A program made the translations under genes and the position numbers. Below the pieces are notes generated by a model. The model searched no databases. It had not been told where the DNA came from and saw only the letters and a program-made list of their open reading frames with translations. Below, piece by piece: positions 29,676-39,749 of a DNA stretch of 64,000 nucleotides (positions are counted from its first letter, which is position 1; the number at the start of each line of letters is the position of its first letter). This DNA is from Bacillota bacterium (GTDB lineage Bacteria > Bacillota > Clostridia > Christensenellales > Aristaeellaceae): positions 815 to 64,814 of the forward strand of contig JAKPNM010000005.1 of the NCBI GenBank assembly GCA_029548395.1, read 5' to 3'.

Positions 29676-31096
29676 AAATCAAGGCCAGGAGCCTTATCGG
29701 TCTGCTGATCGGCCTGCTGCTGATGGCGCTGCCGCTTTTCCTGCCGCTTATGGGAGGCCTGAACCGCGAGGCGATGCGGGTGCTGGGCGTTTTCCTGGGG
29801 GCTGTGGTCCTCTGGCTGTTTGTGGATATCACCTGGCCCAGCGTGCTGGCGCTTTTGGCGCTGGCCCTGGTGCCGGGGATCACCACCAACGCGGTGATCG
29901 CAGCTTCCTTTGGCAATGCCACCATCTGGTTTTTGGTGTTTTCCTTCCTGCTTACCTACGCGATGAGCCGAACCGGCTTCCTGCGCCGCCTGGCTTTGGC
30001 TTTTCTCAACAGCCGCCTGGCCCGCCGGGGAACCTGGGCCTTCGTGTGCATGTTTCTGCTGGCGGTGCTGGCGCTGGGCAGCTTTATCGCGCCCACGGTC
30101 ACCTTCCTGATGTATTTTGCCCTGCACCGGGAGGTAGCCGAGGCCTTGGGCCTCAAGCCTGGCAGCGCACTGGCCCGGGCGTTGATGATCGGCACAGCTT
30201 GTGTAACCTCCATCTCCTGCGCGATGACGCCCATAGCGCACACCTTTCCGCTGATGGCGATGGGTTTTTATGAATCAGCGACAGGGCAGGCCATCACGTA
30301 TCTGTCCTATCTGAAGATTGGCCTGCCTGCGGGCATTGTATTGTTTTTGCTGACCCTGCTGCTGCTGTACTTAGGCTTCCAAAAAGCGTTTCGAGCAGAA
30401 AAGGTGGACATCGCAGCGCTGCGTCTTTCCGCAAGCGGTGATTTTACAGCGCGCGAATTGGCTTCTGCTCTTGTTTTTTTCCTGGTCATCCTGGCCTGGC
30501 TGCTCTCCGGCATCCTGCCCGGAGCCTTTCAGCCTCTGGTTGAGTTGGGCACGGTCTGGCCGGCGATGCTGGGGGTTGCGCTGCTTAGCGCCGTGCCGGT
30601 CGGCGGGTCGCCGGTACTGGACATCAAGCAGGGCATGGCGCAGGGCGTGTCCTGGGCCAGCATCCTCTTGTGCGCGGCGGCGCTCGCGCTGGGGAAATTT
30701 GTCAGTGATGAGCAGTACGGTATCACCGCATTGGTGGGGGAGAGCCTCCAGCCGCTGATGACTTCTCTGGGCAGTGTCGGGGCGCTGCTGGTTTTGATCG
30801 CCGCCACCGTTGTGATGACCAATTTCATGTCAAACATTGTGACGACCACCCTGATGTATAATGTGTCAGCGGCTGTCCTGCCGCTGATGGCGCTGGCGGG
30901 CAACGCGCTGGACGCGCAGACTGTGGCCATCCTGGTGGGTATGTGTGCTTCACTGGCCTTTGCTACGCCGCCTGCCATCGCCCATATCGCGCTGGCTGCT
31001 GGTTCCGACTGGGCTGGTCCCGGAGATATGCTGCGCTATGGCGGAGCGCTTGCGGTCATTTCCATCCCGGTTGTCCTGATATTCACATTGCTATAA
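29672..31096 (+). CDS. DASS/SLC13-type anion permease (ArsB/NhaD superfamily)
   Basis: About 474 aa and polytopic. ATG at 29672 forms an ATGA overlap with the M55 stop; TTG at 29666 is an alternative start. Confidence 0.7.
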   Translation: MKIKARSLIGLLIGLLLMALPLFLPLMGGLNREAMRVLGVFLGAVVLWLFVDITWPSVLALLALALVPGITTNAVIAASFGNATIWFLVFSFLLTYAMSRTGFLRRLALAFLNSRLARRGTWAFVCMFLLAVLALGSFIAPTVTFLMYFALHREVAEALGLKPGSALARALMIGTACVTSISCAMTPIAHTFPLMAMGFYESATGQAITYLSYLKIGLPAGIVLFLLTLLLLYLGFQKAFRAEKVDIAALRLSASGDFTARELASALVFFLVILAWLLSGILPGAFQPLVELGTVWPAMLGVALLSAVPVGGSPVLDIKQGMAQGVSWASILLCAAALALGKFVSDEQYGITALVGESLQPLMTSLGSVGALLVLIAATVVMTNFMSNIVTTTLMYNVSAAVLPLMALAGNALDAQTVAILVGMCASLAFATPPAIAHIALAAGSDWAGPGDMLRYGGALAVISIPVVLIFTLL

Positions 31097-31112
31097 AAAA
31101 GGAGGTAACATC

Positions 31113-31955
31113 ATGAAAACTTTTCCTATCGGTGTCATGCTTGAATCCTTTCGCCTGCCCATTGCGGAGGCGCTTGAAAAGGCCGCCGCCCTCGGCGTTC
31201 AGGGGATCCAGGTCTATGCTACCAGAGGAGAACTGGCGCCGGAGAACCTCAACCCGGGTCAGCGCAGGGATTTTCTCAAGCGTGTGAAGGACGCCGGGCT
31301 GGTGATTTCCGCCGTGTGCGGTGATCTGGGGCATGGCTTCGGCGACGCGGACAAAAACCCTGATCTGGTCGAAAAATCCAAGCGTATCCTTGATCTGTCA
31401 AAGGAATGGGAGTGCGGTATCGTCACCACCCACATCGGTGTAGTGCCCGCCGATCCCTCCCACACGCGCTATGGTATCATGCAGCAGGCCTGCGGTACCC
31501 TGGCGCGCTATGCGGACAGCGTGGATGCGAAATTCGCCGTGGAGACCGGGCCTGAGACAGCCGCTACACTCAAGGCTTTCCTGGATTCTCTGCACTCGCG
31601 CGGCGTATCGGTCAACTTTGATCCGGCCAACCTGGTCATGGTCACCGGGGATGATCCGGTGCAGGCGGTGTACACCCTGAAGGAATATATCGTTCATACC
31701 CACGCGAAGGACGGCAGGCGGCTGTACTACCGGGATCCGGAGAAGGTCTACGGCATCGTGTTTGACGAGTCTTTGTCCAGCCCTTCTTTTGAGGAATTGC
31801 CGCTTGGCGAAGGCGGTGTGGATTTCCCGCGCTATCTGGATGCCTTGCGTGACATTGGCTACAAAGGGTTTTTGACGATCGAGCGCGAGGTGGGTGAGGA
31901 TCCGGCCGGCGATATCGGCAAGGCGGTTGCCTTCCTGCGTGAATTATTTGTCTGA
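31113..31955 (+). CDS. Xylose-isomerase-like TIM-barrel protein (sugar phosphate isomerase/epimerase family)
   Basis: 280 aa. AGGAGG RBS. Pattern ...FAVETGPE...NFDPANL...HTHAKD...TIERE. Confidence 0.75.
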   Translation: MKTFPIGVMLESFRLPIAEALEKAAALGVQGIQVYATRGELAPENLNPGQRRDFLKRVKDAGLVISAVCGDLGHGFGDADKNPDLVEKSKRILDLSKEWECGIVTTHIGVVPADPSHTRYGIMQQACGTLARYADSVDAKFAVETGPETAATLKAFLDSLHSRGVSVNFDPANLVMVTGDDPVQAVYTLKEYIVHTHAKDGRRLYYRDPEKVYGIVFDESLSSPSFEELPLGEGGVDFPRYLDALRDIGYKGFLTIEREVGEDPAGDIGKAVAFLRELFV

Positions 31956-32010
31956 AATTATACTGGTTTTGAGAAGTACAAAGCAGATTCAATAGAACCT
32001 GCATAATTTC

Positions 32011-32039
32011 TTGACGCCCGGGTTTTGGACGGTTAAGAT
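32011..32039 (+). promoter_or_regulatory. Putative promoter of the ABC exporter pair
   Basis: TTGACG, 17-nt spacer, TAAGAT. Confidence 0.45.
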
Positions 32040-32066
32040 AGCCCAAGAGATAGCCGGGAGGTATTC

Positions 32067-33809
32067 ATGAATTCGACACGCCGGATTCTGGGCCTGCTGA
32101 AGCCTTATCGCGGCAAAGTCTTGCTGGGTTTTCTGTTCCAGACCGTTGTGATCGTCACCCGATTGATCCAGCCCCTGATCACCAGGCAAGTGGTCAACGA
32201 TGTGATTATCGCGGGCAGGCATCAGCTTCTGGTGCAATTGTGCCTGACTTTGCTTGGCCTGTCCCTGACCCGGGCGGTCAGTTCCTATGTGCGCGTCCAA
32301 ATGATGGAACGCGCTTCCCAGAACGTAGCCTATGACTTGCGCACGGGCTTGTTCCGGCATCTGCAAACGATGTCTTTTTCGTTTTATGATCGAAACCGCG
32401 TGGGCGAAATCATGTCGCGCATGACCGGCGACCTGGAGGGTGTGCGCGACTATCTGGCCGGCGGCATCATCACCATGTTCGAGCAGGGCATTACCTTCTT
32501 TGGCGCGCTGGTGTTTATGTTCACGCTGTCCTGGCAGGCTACGCTGACCATCCTGGCCATGCTGCCGCTGATCGCATGGATTGCTTTCCGGTTTCGCAGC
32601 CGCATCCGTCCGGCCTTCCGTGAAGCGCGCGAACAGACGGCCACGCTCAATACCCGCGTACAGGAGAATCTTGCCGGCATCCATGTTGTCAAGGCTTTTG
32701 TGCGTGAGCAGTATGAGCGCGAGCTGTTTGAACAGGAGAACCGCAAGCTCTTGGGCGTCAACCTCAAGATCACAGACATCTGGCGCACCTATGTGCCCAT
32801 CATGCACGGCCTGTCGGAGATTTGCACGCCCCTGGTGCTGGCGACAGGCTCGGTGCTCATTGCGACGGGTCATATGGACATCGGCACCCTTGTGGGTGTG
32901 ACCGGCTATATCTGGATGCTGACCCAGCCCATGCGCATGCTCTCCCAGATTATCAACAGCATGACCCGGGCGTCTACCAGCGCGGAAAAGATTTTCTATT
33001 ATCTGGATCTGGGTCCCAGCATCCGCGATGACGACAATCCGCAGACTGTAAATGAGCGCAAGGGGCGCGTGGAGTTTGACAGGGTCACCTTTTCCTACGA
33101 CCAGCAGCCGGTGCTTCAGGATATCAGCTTTGTTGCCGAGCCCGGCCAGACCATAGCCATCATGGGCGCGACAGGCGCGGGAAAAACCAGCCTGGTACGC
33201 CTGCTTTCACGCAGCTACGATGTGATCTCCGGGCGCGTGTTGGTGGATGGCGTGGATGTGCGCAGGCAAAGGTTGAAAGAACTGCGTTGCGGCATCGGCT
33301 ACGTGCCGCAGGAAACCTTCCTGTTTTCGGAGTCCTTGTTTGAAAACATCCGTTTCGGCCGGCCGGACGCGTCCCTTGATGCGGTGGTAGCGGCTGCCCG
33401 CGCTGCGCAGGCGGAAGAATTTATTGAGGAGATGCCGCTAAAGTATGAAACCGTGGTGGGTGAGCGCGGCGTAGGATTGTCCGGAGGCCAAAAGCAGCGC
33501 ACAGCCATTGCGCGGGCTTTGCTGATTGATCCCAGCATCCTTGTTCTGGATGACGCCACTTCAGCGGTGGATATGCAAACGGAATACCTTATCCAGCAGC
33601 ATCTGGAGCGTTCCATTCAGGGGCGCACCACGTTCATCATCGCTCATCGAATGTCTTCGGTCAAAAACGCGGATTTGATCCTGGTGCTCAACCAGGGTCG
33701 GATCGCCGAGCGGGGCAGCCACCAGGAGCTGATGGCGCTCAAGGGTGAATACTGGCAAATGTGGCAGGATCAATTGACCTCCATCTCCGGTGAGGGAGGT
33801 GGCGTCTGA
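32067..33809 (+). CDS. ABC exporter, fused TMD-NBD subunit A (type I exporter, multidrug/lipid-like)
   Basis: 580 aa. Six-TM domain, then an NBD with GATGAGKTS, LSGGQKQR and LVLDDATSAVD. Confidence 0.85.
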   Translation: MNSTRRILGLLKPYRGKVLLGFLFQTVVIVTRLIQPLITRQVVNDVIIAGRHQLLVQLCLTLLGLSLTRAVSSYVRVQMMERASQNVAYDLRTGLFRHLQTMSFSFYDRNRVGEIMSRMTGDLEGVRDYLAGGIITMFEQGITFFGALVFMFTLSWQATLTILAMLPLIAWIAFRFRSRIRPAFREAREQTATLNTRVQENLAGIHVVKAFVREQYERELFEQENRKLLGVNLKITDIWRTYVPIMHGLSEICTPLVLATGSVLIATGHMDIGTLVGVTGYIWMLTQPMRMLSQIINSMTRASTSAEKIFYYLDLGPSIRDDDNPQTVNERKGRVEFDRVTFSYDQQPVLQDISFVAEPGQTIAIMGATGAGKTSLVRLLSRSYDVISGRVLVDGVDVRRQRLKELRCGIGYVPQETFLFSESLFENIRFGRPDASLDAVVAAARAAQAEEFIEEMPLKYETVVGERGVGLSGGQKQRTAIARALLIDPSILVLDDATSAVDMQTEYLIQQHLERSIQGRTTFIIAHRMSSVKNADLILVLNQGRIAERGSHQELMALKGEYWQMWQDQLTSISGEGGGV

Positions 33810-35590
33810 TGGCCCGTCCGCTGCGCCAGCTGGATGACGAGGTTCTCCAGCGCCCATTCAACAAATCCCAGTTCATCCGTCTGATGGCATATTTAAAGCC
33901 TTACCGCCGCGATGTGCTGCTGGCCTTGCTGGTGATGATTGCCGCCACTGTCGCCTCCCTGGGTTCCCCTTACCTGATGAGCCGTGCCGTGGGCATGCTG
34001 ACAGACGGCCGGTTTGACGGCATCTGGCTGATTTTGCTGGGCATGGCAGCCTTGTCATTGCTGGGCGCGGCATTCACCCGTGTGCGCGTGCGCCTGATGG
34101 ACTACGCGGGGCGCAAGGCGCTGGCCACCCTGCGTGAGGATCTGTTTGCCCATGTCCAGTCGTTGTCCTTCAGCTTTTTCGATACACATTCCGCCGGCAA
34201 GATCCTGGTGCGCGTGATGAATGACGTGGACGCCCTCAACGATCTGTTTACCAACGGCATTGTGGATGTGCTGATCAACTCCTTAACCGTGGTGTTGCTG
34301 CTGGTGATCATGCTGGCGGTCAATTGGCGGCTGACGCTGATCGGGCTTTGCATCCTGCCTGTTTTGCTGTTCCTGATGTTCCGTTTCAAGCGCGTGATGT
34401 CACGCAACTGGCAGTTTGTGCGGGCCAAGCGCTCCAACATGAACGGCTACCTGCATGAAGCGCTCTCCGGCATGCGCGTTACGCAGTTGTTCGTGCGCGA
34501 GGAGGAGAACGCCCAGACCTTCGAGGGCGCCAATGATGAAATCCGCACCGGCTGGATGCGTGCCATCCGCTACAACGCGGGCTTCTGGTCGGCGTTGGAT
34601 GTGACCGGCATGCTCGGCACGGTGCTGGTTTACTATTTCGGCGTGCGATCCATGGGCCAGGGGCTGCAGCTGGAGGATTTGCTGCTGGTGATCTGGTACC
34701 TCAACCGCATTTGGATGCCGCTGAACATGCTGAGCAATTTTTACAACAGCCTGCTGACCGCTTCAGCCTCAATGGAGCGCATCTTTGACATCATGGATGA
34801 GCAGCCCAAGGTGCGCGATACGCAGGGCGCCAGGCGGATGCCGCAAATTTCCGGCCAGGTCACCTTTGAGGATGTCACCTTTGCCTATCACAAGGACAAA
34901 GTCGTGCTGCGCAACATCAACCTGGACATCAAGCCCGGGCAGACTGTGGCCCTGGTCGGGGAGACTGGCGCCGGGAAGACCACCATCGTCAACCTGATCA
35001 GCCGTTTTTATGATGTAACCGGCGGCGCAGTGCGCATTGACGGGCATGATATCCGGGAAGTCACCCTGGACAGCCTCAGAAGCCAGATGAGCGTGATGCA
35101 GCAGGACAGCTTCACCTTCTCGGGCACCATTCTGGACAACATCCGCTATGGCCGTCTGGACGCTACGACGGAAGAAGTCATCGCGGCTGCGCGCGCGGTA
35201 GGCGCCGACGAGTTTATTTCACAGATGCCCAAGGGCTATGATACTGTGGTTTCGGAGCGCGGAAGCTCGCTGTCCACCGGACAAAAGCAGCTGGTATCCC
35301 TTGCCCGCGCGCTGTTGAATGACCCCCGGATTTTAATCCTGGATGAGGCTACTTCATCCGTTGACACCCACACAGAGATGCTCATCCAGAAGGCGCTGGC
35401 CGTGCTGCTGCGCGGGCGCACCAGCTTTGTCATCGCCCACCGCCTGTCCACCATCCGCAATGCCGATGTGATCCTGGTTATGGAGGACGGCCGCATCGTT
35501 GAACAGGGCAATCATGAGCAGCTGATCAATCTGCCCGGCGGACGCTACCGCGCCTTGTGTGAAGCCCAGGTACGCTTCATGCAGTCCTGA
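33809..35590 (+). CDS. ABC exporter, fused TMD-NBD subunit B
   Basis: 593 aa. GETGAGKTT, LSTGQKQL, LILDEATSSVD. TGATG overlap with subunit A suggests a heterodimer. Confidence 0.85.
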   Translation: MARPLRQLDDEVLQRPFNKSQFIRLMAYLKPYRRDVLLALLVMIAATVASLGSPYLMSRAVGMLTDGRFDGIWLILLGMAALSLLGAAFTRVRVRLMDYAGRKALATLREDLFAHVQSLSFSFFDTHSAGKILVRVMNDVDALNDLFTNGIVDVLINSLTVVLLLVIMLAVNWRLTLIGLCILPVLLFLMFRFKRVMSRNWQFVRAKRSNMNGYLHEALSGMRVTQLFVREEENAQTFEGANDEIRTGWMRAIRYNAGFWSALDVTGMLGTVLVYYFGVRSMGQGLQLEDLLLVIWYLNRIWMPLNMLSNFYNSLLTASASMERIFDIMDEQPKVRDTQGARRMPQISGQVTFEDVTFAYHKDKVVLRNINLDIKPGQTVALVGETGAGKTTIVNLISRFYDVTGGAVRIDGHDIREVTLDSLRSQMSVMQQDSFTFSGTILDNIRYGRLDATTEEVIAAARAVGADEFISQMPKGYDTVVSERGSSLSTGQKQLVSLARALLNDPRILILDEATSSVDTHTEMLIQKALAVLLRGRTSFVIAHRLSTIRNADVILVMEDGRIVEQGNHEQLINLPGGRYRALCEAQVRFMQS

Positions 35591-35705
35591 GGTATCAGCC
35601 TGACCGGACGGTCATTGCCGCTTTTACTTGCCAATCGCAGCTGTTTTCTGTATACTTATCGCGTGTAGGGAGAAGCTGATTTGGCTTCCCCGCTCGCGCG
35701 CTGAC

Positions 35706-35740
35706 GGCTGCCGGACAGGCAGCCGATGCGTCATTATTTG
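35706..35740 (+). terminator. Possible terminator after the ABC exporter pair
   Basis: GGCTGCC-GGACA-GGCAGCC, a 7-bp perfect stem, followed by a moderately T-rich tail (GATGCGTCATTATTTG). Confidence 0.35.
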
Positions 35741-35775
35741 TATTGTAACAGTCAATACAATGTCGGGAGTAGAGT

Positions 35776-36273
35776 ATGAGCAATCTGCATGAGCACAGCA
35801 ACCGGACGGTTGTCTCTCTGGAAGGCATGAAGAAACTGGAGGAAAAACTTCAGTATCTGTCCACGATCCGCCGGGCAGAAGTCGCCGAGCAAATCGCCGT
35901 GGCGCGCGGTTTTGGCGATTTGAATGAAAACGCGGAATATGATGAGGCCAAAAACGAGCAGTCCCGCCTGGAGGCCGAGATCATCGACCTGGAAAACACC
36001 ATCCGCACAGCGCTGGTGATTGATGATTCCGAGGTATCCACCGACCGCGTCAATATCGGCACCACGGTGCGCGTCTATGATGAGGAGTACGGTGAAGAGA
36101 TTGAGTACACCATCGTGGGCGCCCGGGAATCCGATCCGCTCAACAACCGCATTTCCAACGAGAGCCCTGTGGGCGCGGCTTTGCTGGGCAAGAAAAGGGG
36201 GCAGACCGTCAAGATTGATGCGCCTGGCGGCACCATTATCCTCAAGATCCGCGATATTCAACACAAGAAGTAA
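35776..36273 (+). CDS. greA: Transcription elongation factor GreA
   Basis: 165 aa. GDLNENAEYDEAKNEQ coiled-coil tip and a C-terminal FKBP-like domain (SNESPVGAALLGKKRGQTV). Confidence 0.9.
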   Translation: MSNLHEHSNRTVVSLEGMKKLEEKLQYLSTIRRAEVAEQIAVARGFGDLNENAEYDEAKNEQSRLEAEIIDLENTIRTALVIDDSEVSTDRVNIGTTVRVYDEEYGEEIEYTIVGARESDPLNNRISNESPVGAALLGKKRGQTVKIDAPGGTIILKIRDIQHKK

Positions 36274-36282
36274 GGAGTCCCC

Positions 36283-37767
36283 ATGTCAGAACCGATTGAC
36301 CGCAACCGGGAGTTTTCCGAGCAGGAAGCCATCCGCCGAGCCAAGCTGCAGCAGCTTGTGGACCGTGGAGAGAGCCCATATCTGCAAACCCGTTTTGACC
36401 AGACGCATTACAGCCAGGACATCAAGGAAGCGATCGCGCGGCTGGAAGGCCAGACTGTCCACATTGCCGGGCGCATGATGACTAGGCGCATCATGGGCAA
36501 GGCATCCTTTGCCCATCTGCTGGATGGTCAGGGCAGGATTCAAGTCTATGTCAAACGTGATGACATAGGGGAAGAAGCCTACGCGGCCTTTAAGGATTAT
36601 GACCTGGGCGACATCCTGGGCGTCAAGGGCTATGCCTTTGTGACCCGCACGGGCGAGGTCAGCGTGCATGCGCGCAGCATTGTGTTGCTCAGCAAGTGCC
36701 TCAAGCCCCTGCCGGACAAATGGCATGGTCTGCAGGACGTTGATTTGCGTTACCGTCAGCGCTACCTGGACATGATTGTCAGCCCCGAGGTGCGAGATAC
36801 CTTTGTCCGGCGCACAGCGATCATCAACGCGATCCGCCGCTTCGCGGACAGCCGCGGCTTTCTGGAGGTGGATACCCCCATCCTCCACACACTTGAGATC
36901 GGCGCCGCGGCAAGGCCGTTTAAAACCCACCACAACACCCTGGACATTGACATGTTTTTGAGGGTGGAAACTGAGCTGTATCTCAAGCGCCTGGTGGTGG
37001 GCGGCTTCGAGCGCGTGTACGAAATCGGCCGCATCTTCCGTAACGAAGGCATGAGCCCCAAACACAACCCGGAATTTACCTCGATCGAGATGTACCAGGC
37101 TTATGCCGATTATGAGGACATCATGAACCTGTGCGAGGATCTGATCCGTGAGACCGCGCGCGAGGCGGCCGGCGGTGAGCGCATCACCTTCCAGGGACAG
37201 CAGGTGGATTTCAGCTCGCCCTGGCCGCGCATCCCGATGGCAGAGGCCGTGAAGCGCGAATCCGGCATTGATTATTTCGCGTGGAACAGCGATGAGGAGG
37301 CGAGGCAATGCCTCCAGGACCATGGCGTACACGCCGAGCCTTATTTTACCAGGGGTGATTGTCTGGCTGAGCTGTTTGACGCCTATGTGGAAGCCAAGCT
37401 GATTCAACCGACCTTTATTACCGATTATCCTGTGGAAATTTCACCCCTTGCCAAACGCAAGCCCTCCGATCCGCGTTTGACCGAGCGCTTTGAATTGTTC
37501 ATTGTCGGGGCGGAGTTTGCCAACGGCTTCTCCGAGCTCAATGACCCGATCGACCAGCGCGAGCGCTTTGTCCGCCAGGTGGAGGAGCGCAGGAAGCTCG
37601 GGGGTGTCAACGCCTTAGTGGATGAGGACTATCTCAACGCCCTGGAGTACGGCCTGCCGCCCACCGGCGGCATTGGCATCGGTGTGGACAGGCTGGTCAT
37701 GCTGCTGACGGACAACGCTTCCATCCGCGATGTGCTGCTCTTTCCCACCATGAAACCGCAGGGTTGA
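36283..37767 (+). CDS. lysS: Lysine--tRNA ligase (class II)
   Basis: 494 aa. OB-fold N-domain and class II motifs (FLEVDTPIL, FRNEGMSPKHNPEFT, GGIGIGVDRLVMLL). greA-lysS is a common gene order. Confidence 0.95.
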   Translation: MSEPIDRNREFSEQEAIRRAKLQQLVDRGESPYLQTRFDQTHYSQDIKEAIARLEGQTVHIAGRMMTRRIMGKASFAHLLDGQGRIQVYVKRDDIGEEAYAAFKDYDLGDILGVKGYAFVTRTGEVSVHARSIVLLSKCLKPLPDKWHGLQDVDLRYRQRYLDMIVSPEVRDTFVRRTAIINAIRRFADSRGFLEVDTPILHTLEIGAAARPFKTHHNTLDIDMFLRVETELYLKRLVVGGFERVYEIGRIFRNEGMSPKHNPEFTSIEMYQAYADYEDIMNLCEDLIRETAREAAGGERITFQGQQVDFSSPWPRIPMAEAVKRESGIDYFAWNSDEEARQCLQDHGVHAEPYFTRGDCLAELFDAYVEAKLIQPTFITDYPVEISPLAKRKPSDPRLTERFELFIVGAEFANGFSELNDPIDQRERFVRQVEERRKLGGVNALVDEDYLNALEYGLPPTGGIGIGVDRLVMLLTDNASIRDVLLFPTMKPQG

Positions 37768-37770
37768 GTC

Positions 37771-38463
37771 ATGAAGCTGCGCACCAAATTAAGCTGGCAT
37801 GAGGTCCGAAACCATCTGCGGTATCAGGGATGGCTGTACCTCTTGTTTTGCGTACTGGCGTTCGGGCTGACCAGCCTGGTGTATACACAAACAGCCTATC
37901 GTCCGCCCCAGGACAGGCGGATCGACCTGTATATCCGGTCTTCTTCCGCTGAACAGGAACAGGTCAATGCCTTCCTGGAGCCGGTCTGGCGCCAGGCTGT
38001 GCCGGAGATGGAGCTGGTGAATGCGGTCTTGCTGATGTCTGCCGGCGGCGCGAATGATTATTATGCGGACATGCAGCTGGTCACCTACATCGCTGCGGCC
38101 GAGGGCGATATCTATATGCTCCCCTCCAGTGAATTCAAGCGTTTTGCTTCCCAGGGCGCTTTCGTGGCGCTGGATGATGCCATCCGGGACGGCCGCGTGG
38201 ACGCCAGCAACCTCAGCCTAGCTGCCGGCCGGGTCAAGCTGGTGGAGACTGGTTCGGACGGCACGACCACCGTGGTCGGGGAGGCCCGCCAATACGGCAT
38301 CCCGACAAAGGAACTGTACAATTTCGCGACCGAGCTGCTCATTGACAACCGCGACATGGTGCTGGCTGTTGCTGTCAACAGCGGCAACGAGCAGGCGGCC
38401 CTGACCTTTCTGGATGCGCTGATCCAGCGCGCCCGCGGCGAGAAGCCCGATTTTTTCAAGTAG
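37771..38463 (+). CDS. Hypothetical membrane-anchored protein
   Basis: 230 aa. One N-terminal TM segment (WLYLLFCVLAFGLTSLVY). No family recognised. Confidence 0.5.
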   Translation: MKLRTKLSWHEVRNHLRYQGWLYLLFCVLAFGLTSLVYTQTAYRPPQDRRIDLYIRSSSAEQEQVNAFLEPVWRQAVPEMELVNAVLLMSAGGANDYYADMQLVTYIAAAEGDIYMLPSSEFKRFASQGAFVALDDAIRDGRVDASNLSLAAGRVKLVETGSDGTTTVVGEARQYGIPTKELYNFATELLIDNRDMVLAVAVNSGNEQAALTFLDALIQRARGEKPDFFK

Positions 38464-38465
38464 CC

Positions 38466-39749
38466 ATGATCAAGTACCAGGCAGTCGTTTTTGATTTGGA
38501 CGGTACGCTGACCGATTCCGCGCCGGGCATCCTTGCCGGCGCGCGCTCTGCCTTGGAAACCATGGGCCGGCCTGTTCCTGAAGAAGCTGTGCTACGGCGC
38601 TTCCTGGGCCCGCCGCTGATGGACAGTTTCACCCGGCTGTGCGGTATGAGCCACGAGGACGCGGCCCGCGCGCAGGATATCTACCGGGAATACTACAATC
38701 ATACCGGCGCGCTGCAAAACGCGGTGTATCCCGGCGTTCGCGCGCTGCTGGCCGGGCTCAGGCAGGCCGGTGTTCACCTGGGCGTTGCCACGCATAAACC
38801 GCTGGCGCCCACCATGAAAATTTTAAAGGCTTTTGACCTGCTGCGCTATTTTGATCTGGTGGCCGGGCCGGAACTTTGGGAAAACCCCGGTCCCACCAAG
38901 GGCGAGTTGATTTTGCGCGCCCTGCCCCAAGGTCTGCGCGCCGTGATGATCGGGGACCGCGCCACCGACTTGGAAGGGGCCCGGCAGGTCGGCGTTGACA
39001 GCATCGCGGCGCTGTATGGCTACGGCCATCCGGAGGAGTTCGCGCCTTTCCGGTCGGCCGGCCTGGCTCACAGCGTGCGGGATTTATATGGCTTGCTGGG
39101 GCTGTCGGAGCAGGCGCCGCGTCCTTGTTTTATCAGCTTTGAGGGCAATGACGGCGCGGGCAAGTCGACCCAGGCGCGGCTGCTGGCGCAGAGATTAAGG
39201 CAAAACGGCCATGATGTGCTGCTTACGCGCGAGCCGGGCGGCACTGCGGTGGGGGAGAAGATCCGCGATATTCTGCTTGACCGCGCCAACAACGATATGG
39301 ACGATCTGACCGAGGCCCTGCTGTACGCGGCGGCGCGCGCGCAGCATGTGCGGCAGGTCATTCTGCCGGCGCTAAAGGCTGGCAGGATGGTCATCTCCGA
39401 CCGCTATGTGGATTCCAGCCTGGCCTATCAGGGGGGTGGCCGCGGCCTGGGCATCCCACGCGTGCGCCAGATCAACGCCCCGGCGGTAGAGGGCTGTATG
39501 CCGGACCTGACTGTGTTCCTGTCCCTGCCGCCCGGCGAGGGCATCCGCCGGGCGGTGCGCTCCCGCGAGGCCGACCGCCTGGAGGCTGCGGGGGACGCCT
39601 TCCATGACAGGGTGGCCGGCGCTTTCCGGGATTTGACAGCGGAAGATTCCCGCTTTATCGTGGTCAGCTCTGAGGGAAGCAAACAGGAGACTGCTGAGCT
39701 GGTGTTTGCGCGCGTACAGGAGCGTTTGACCGCGCTGGGGCTGCCATGA
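38466..39749 (+). CDS. tmk: Fusion protein: HAD-superfamily phosphatase (PGP-like) + dTMP kinase
   Basis: One uninterrupted 427-aa ORF. The N-terminal half has HAD motifs ([12 protein letters not shown], ...GVATHKP..., IGDRATD). The C-terminal half is thymidylate kinase ([35 protein letters not shown]). There is no ATG or good RBS at the domain junction. Confidence 0.8.
   Translation: MIKYQAVVFDLDGTLTDSAPGILAGARSALETMGRPVPEEAVLRRFLGPPLMDSFTRLCGMSHEDAARAQDIYREYYNHTGALQNAVYPGVRALLAGLRQAGVHLGVATHKPLAPTMKILKAFDLLRYFDLVAGPELWENPGPTKGELILRALPQGLRAVMIGDRATDLEGARQVGVDSIAALYGYGHPEEFAPFRSAGLAHSVRDLYGLLGLSEQAPRPCFISFEGNDGAGKSTQARLLAQRLRQNGHDVLLTREPGGTAVGEKIRDILLDRANNDMDDLTEALLYAAARAQHVRQVILPALKAGRMVISDRYVDSSLAYQGGGRGLGIPRVRQINAPAVEGCMPDLTVFLSLPPGEGIRRAVRSREADRLEAAGDAFHDRVAGAFRDLTAEDSRFIVVSSEGSKQETAELVFARVQERLTALGLP

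Noticed and set aside
35741-35760. ATTGTA-N8-TACAAT inverted repeat upstream of greA as a regulatory operator.
   Set aside because: The right arm is most simply the -10 box (TACAAT) of the greA promoter, and 6-bp AT-rich arms arise easily by chance. I see no supporting evidence.
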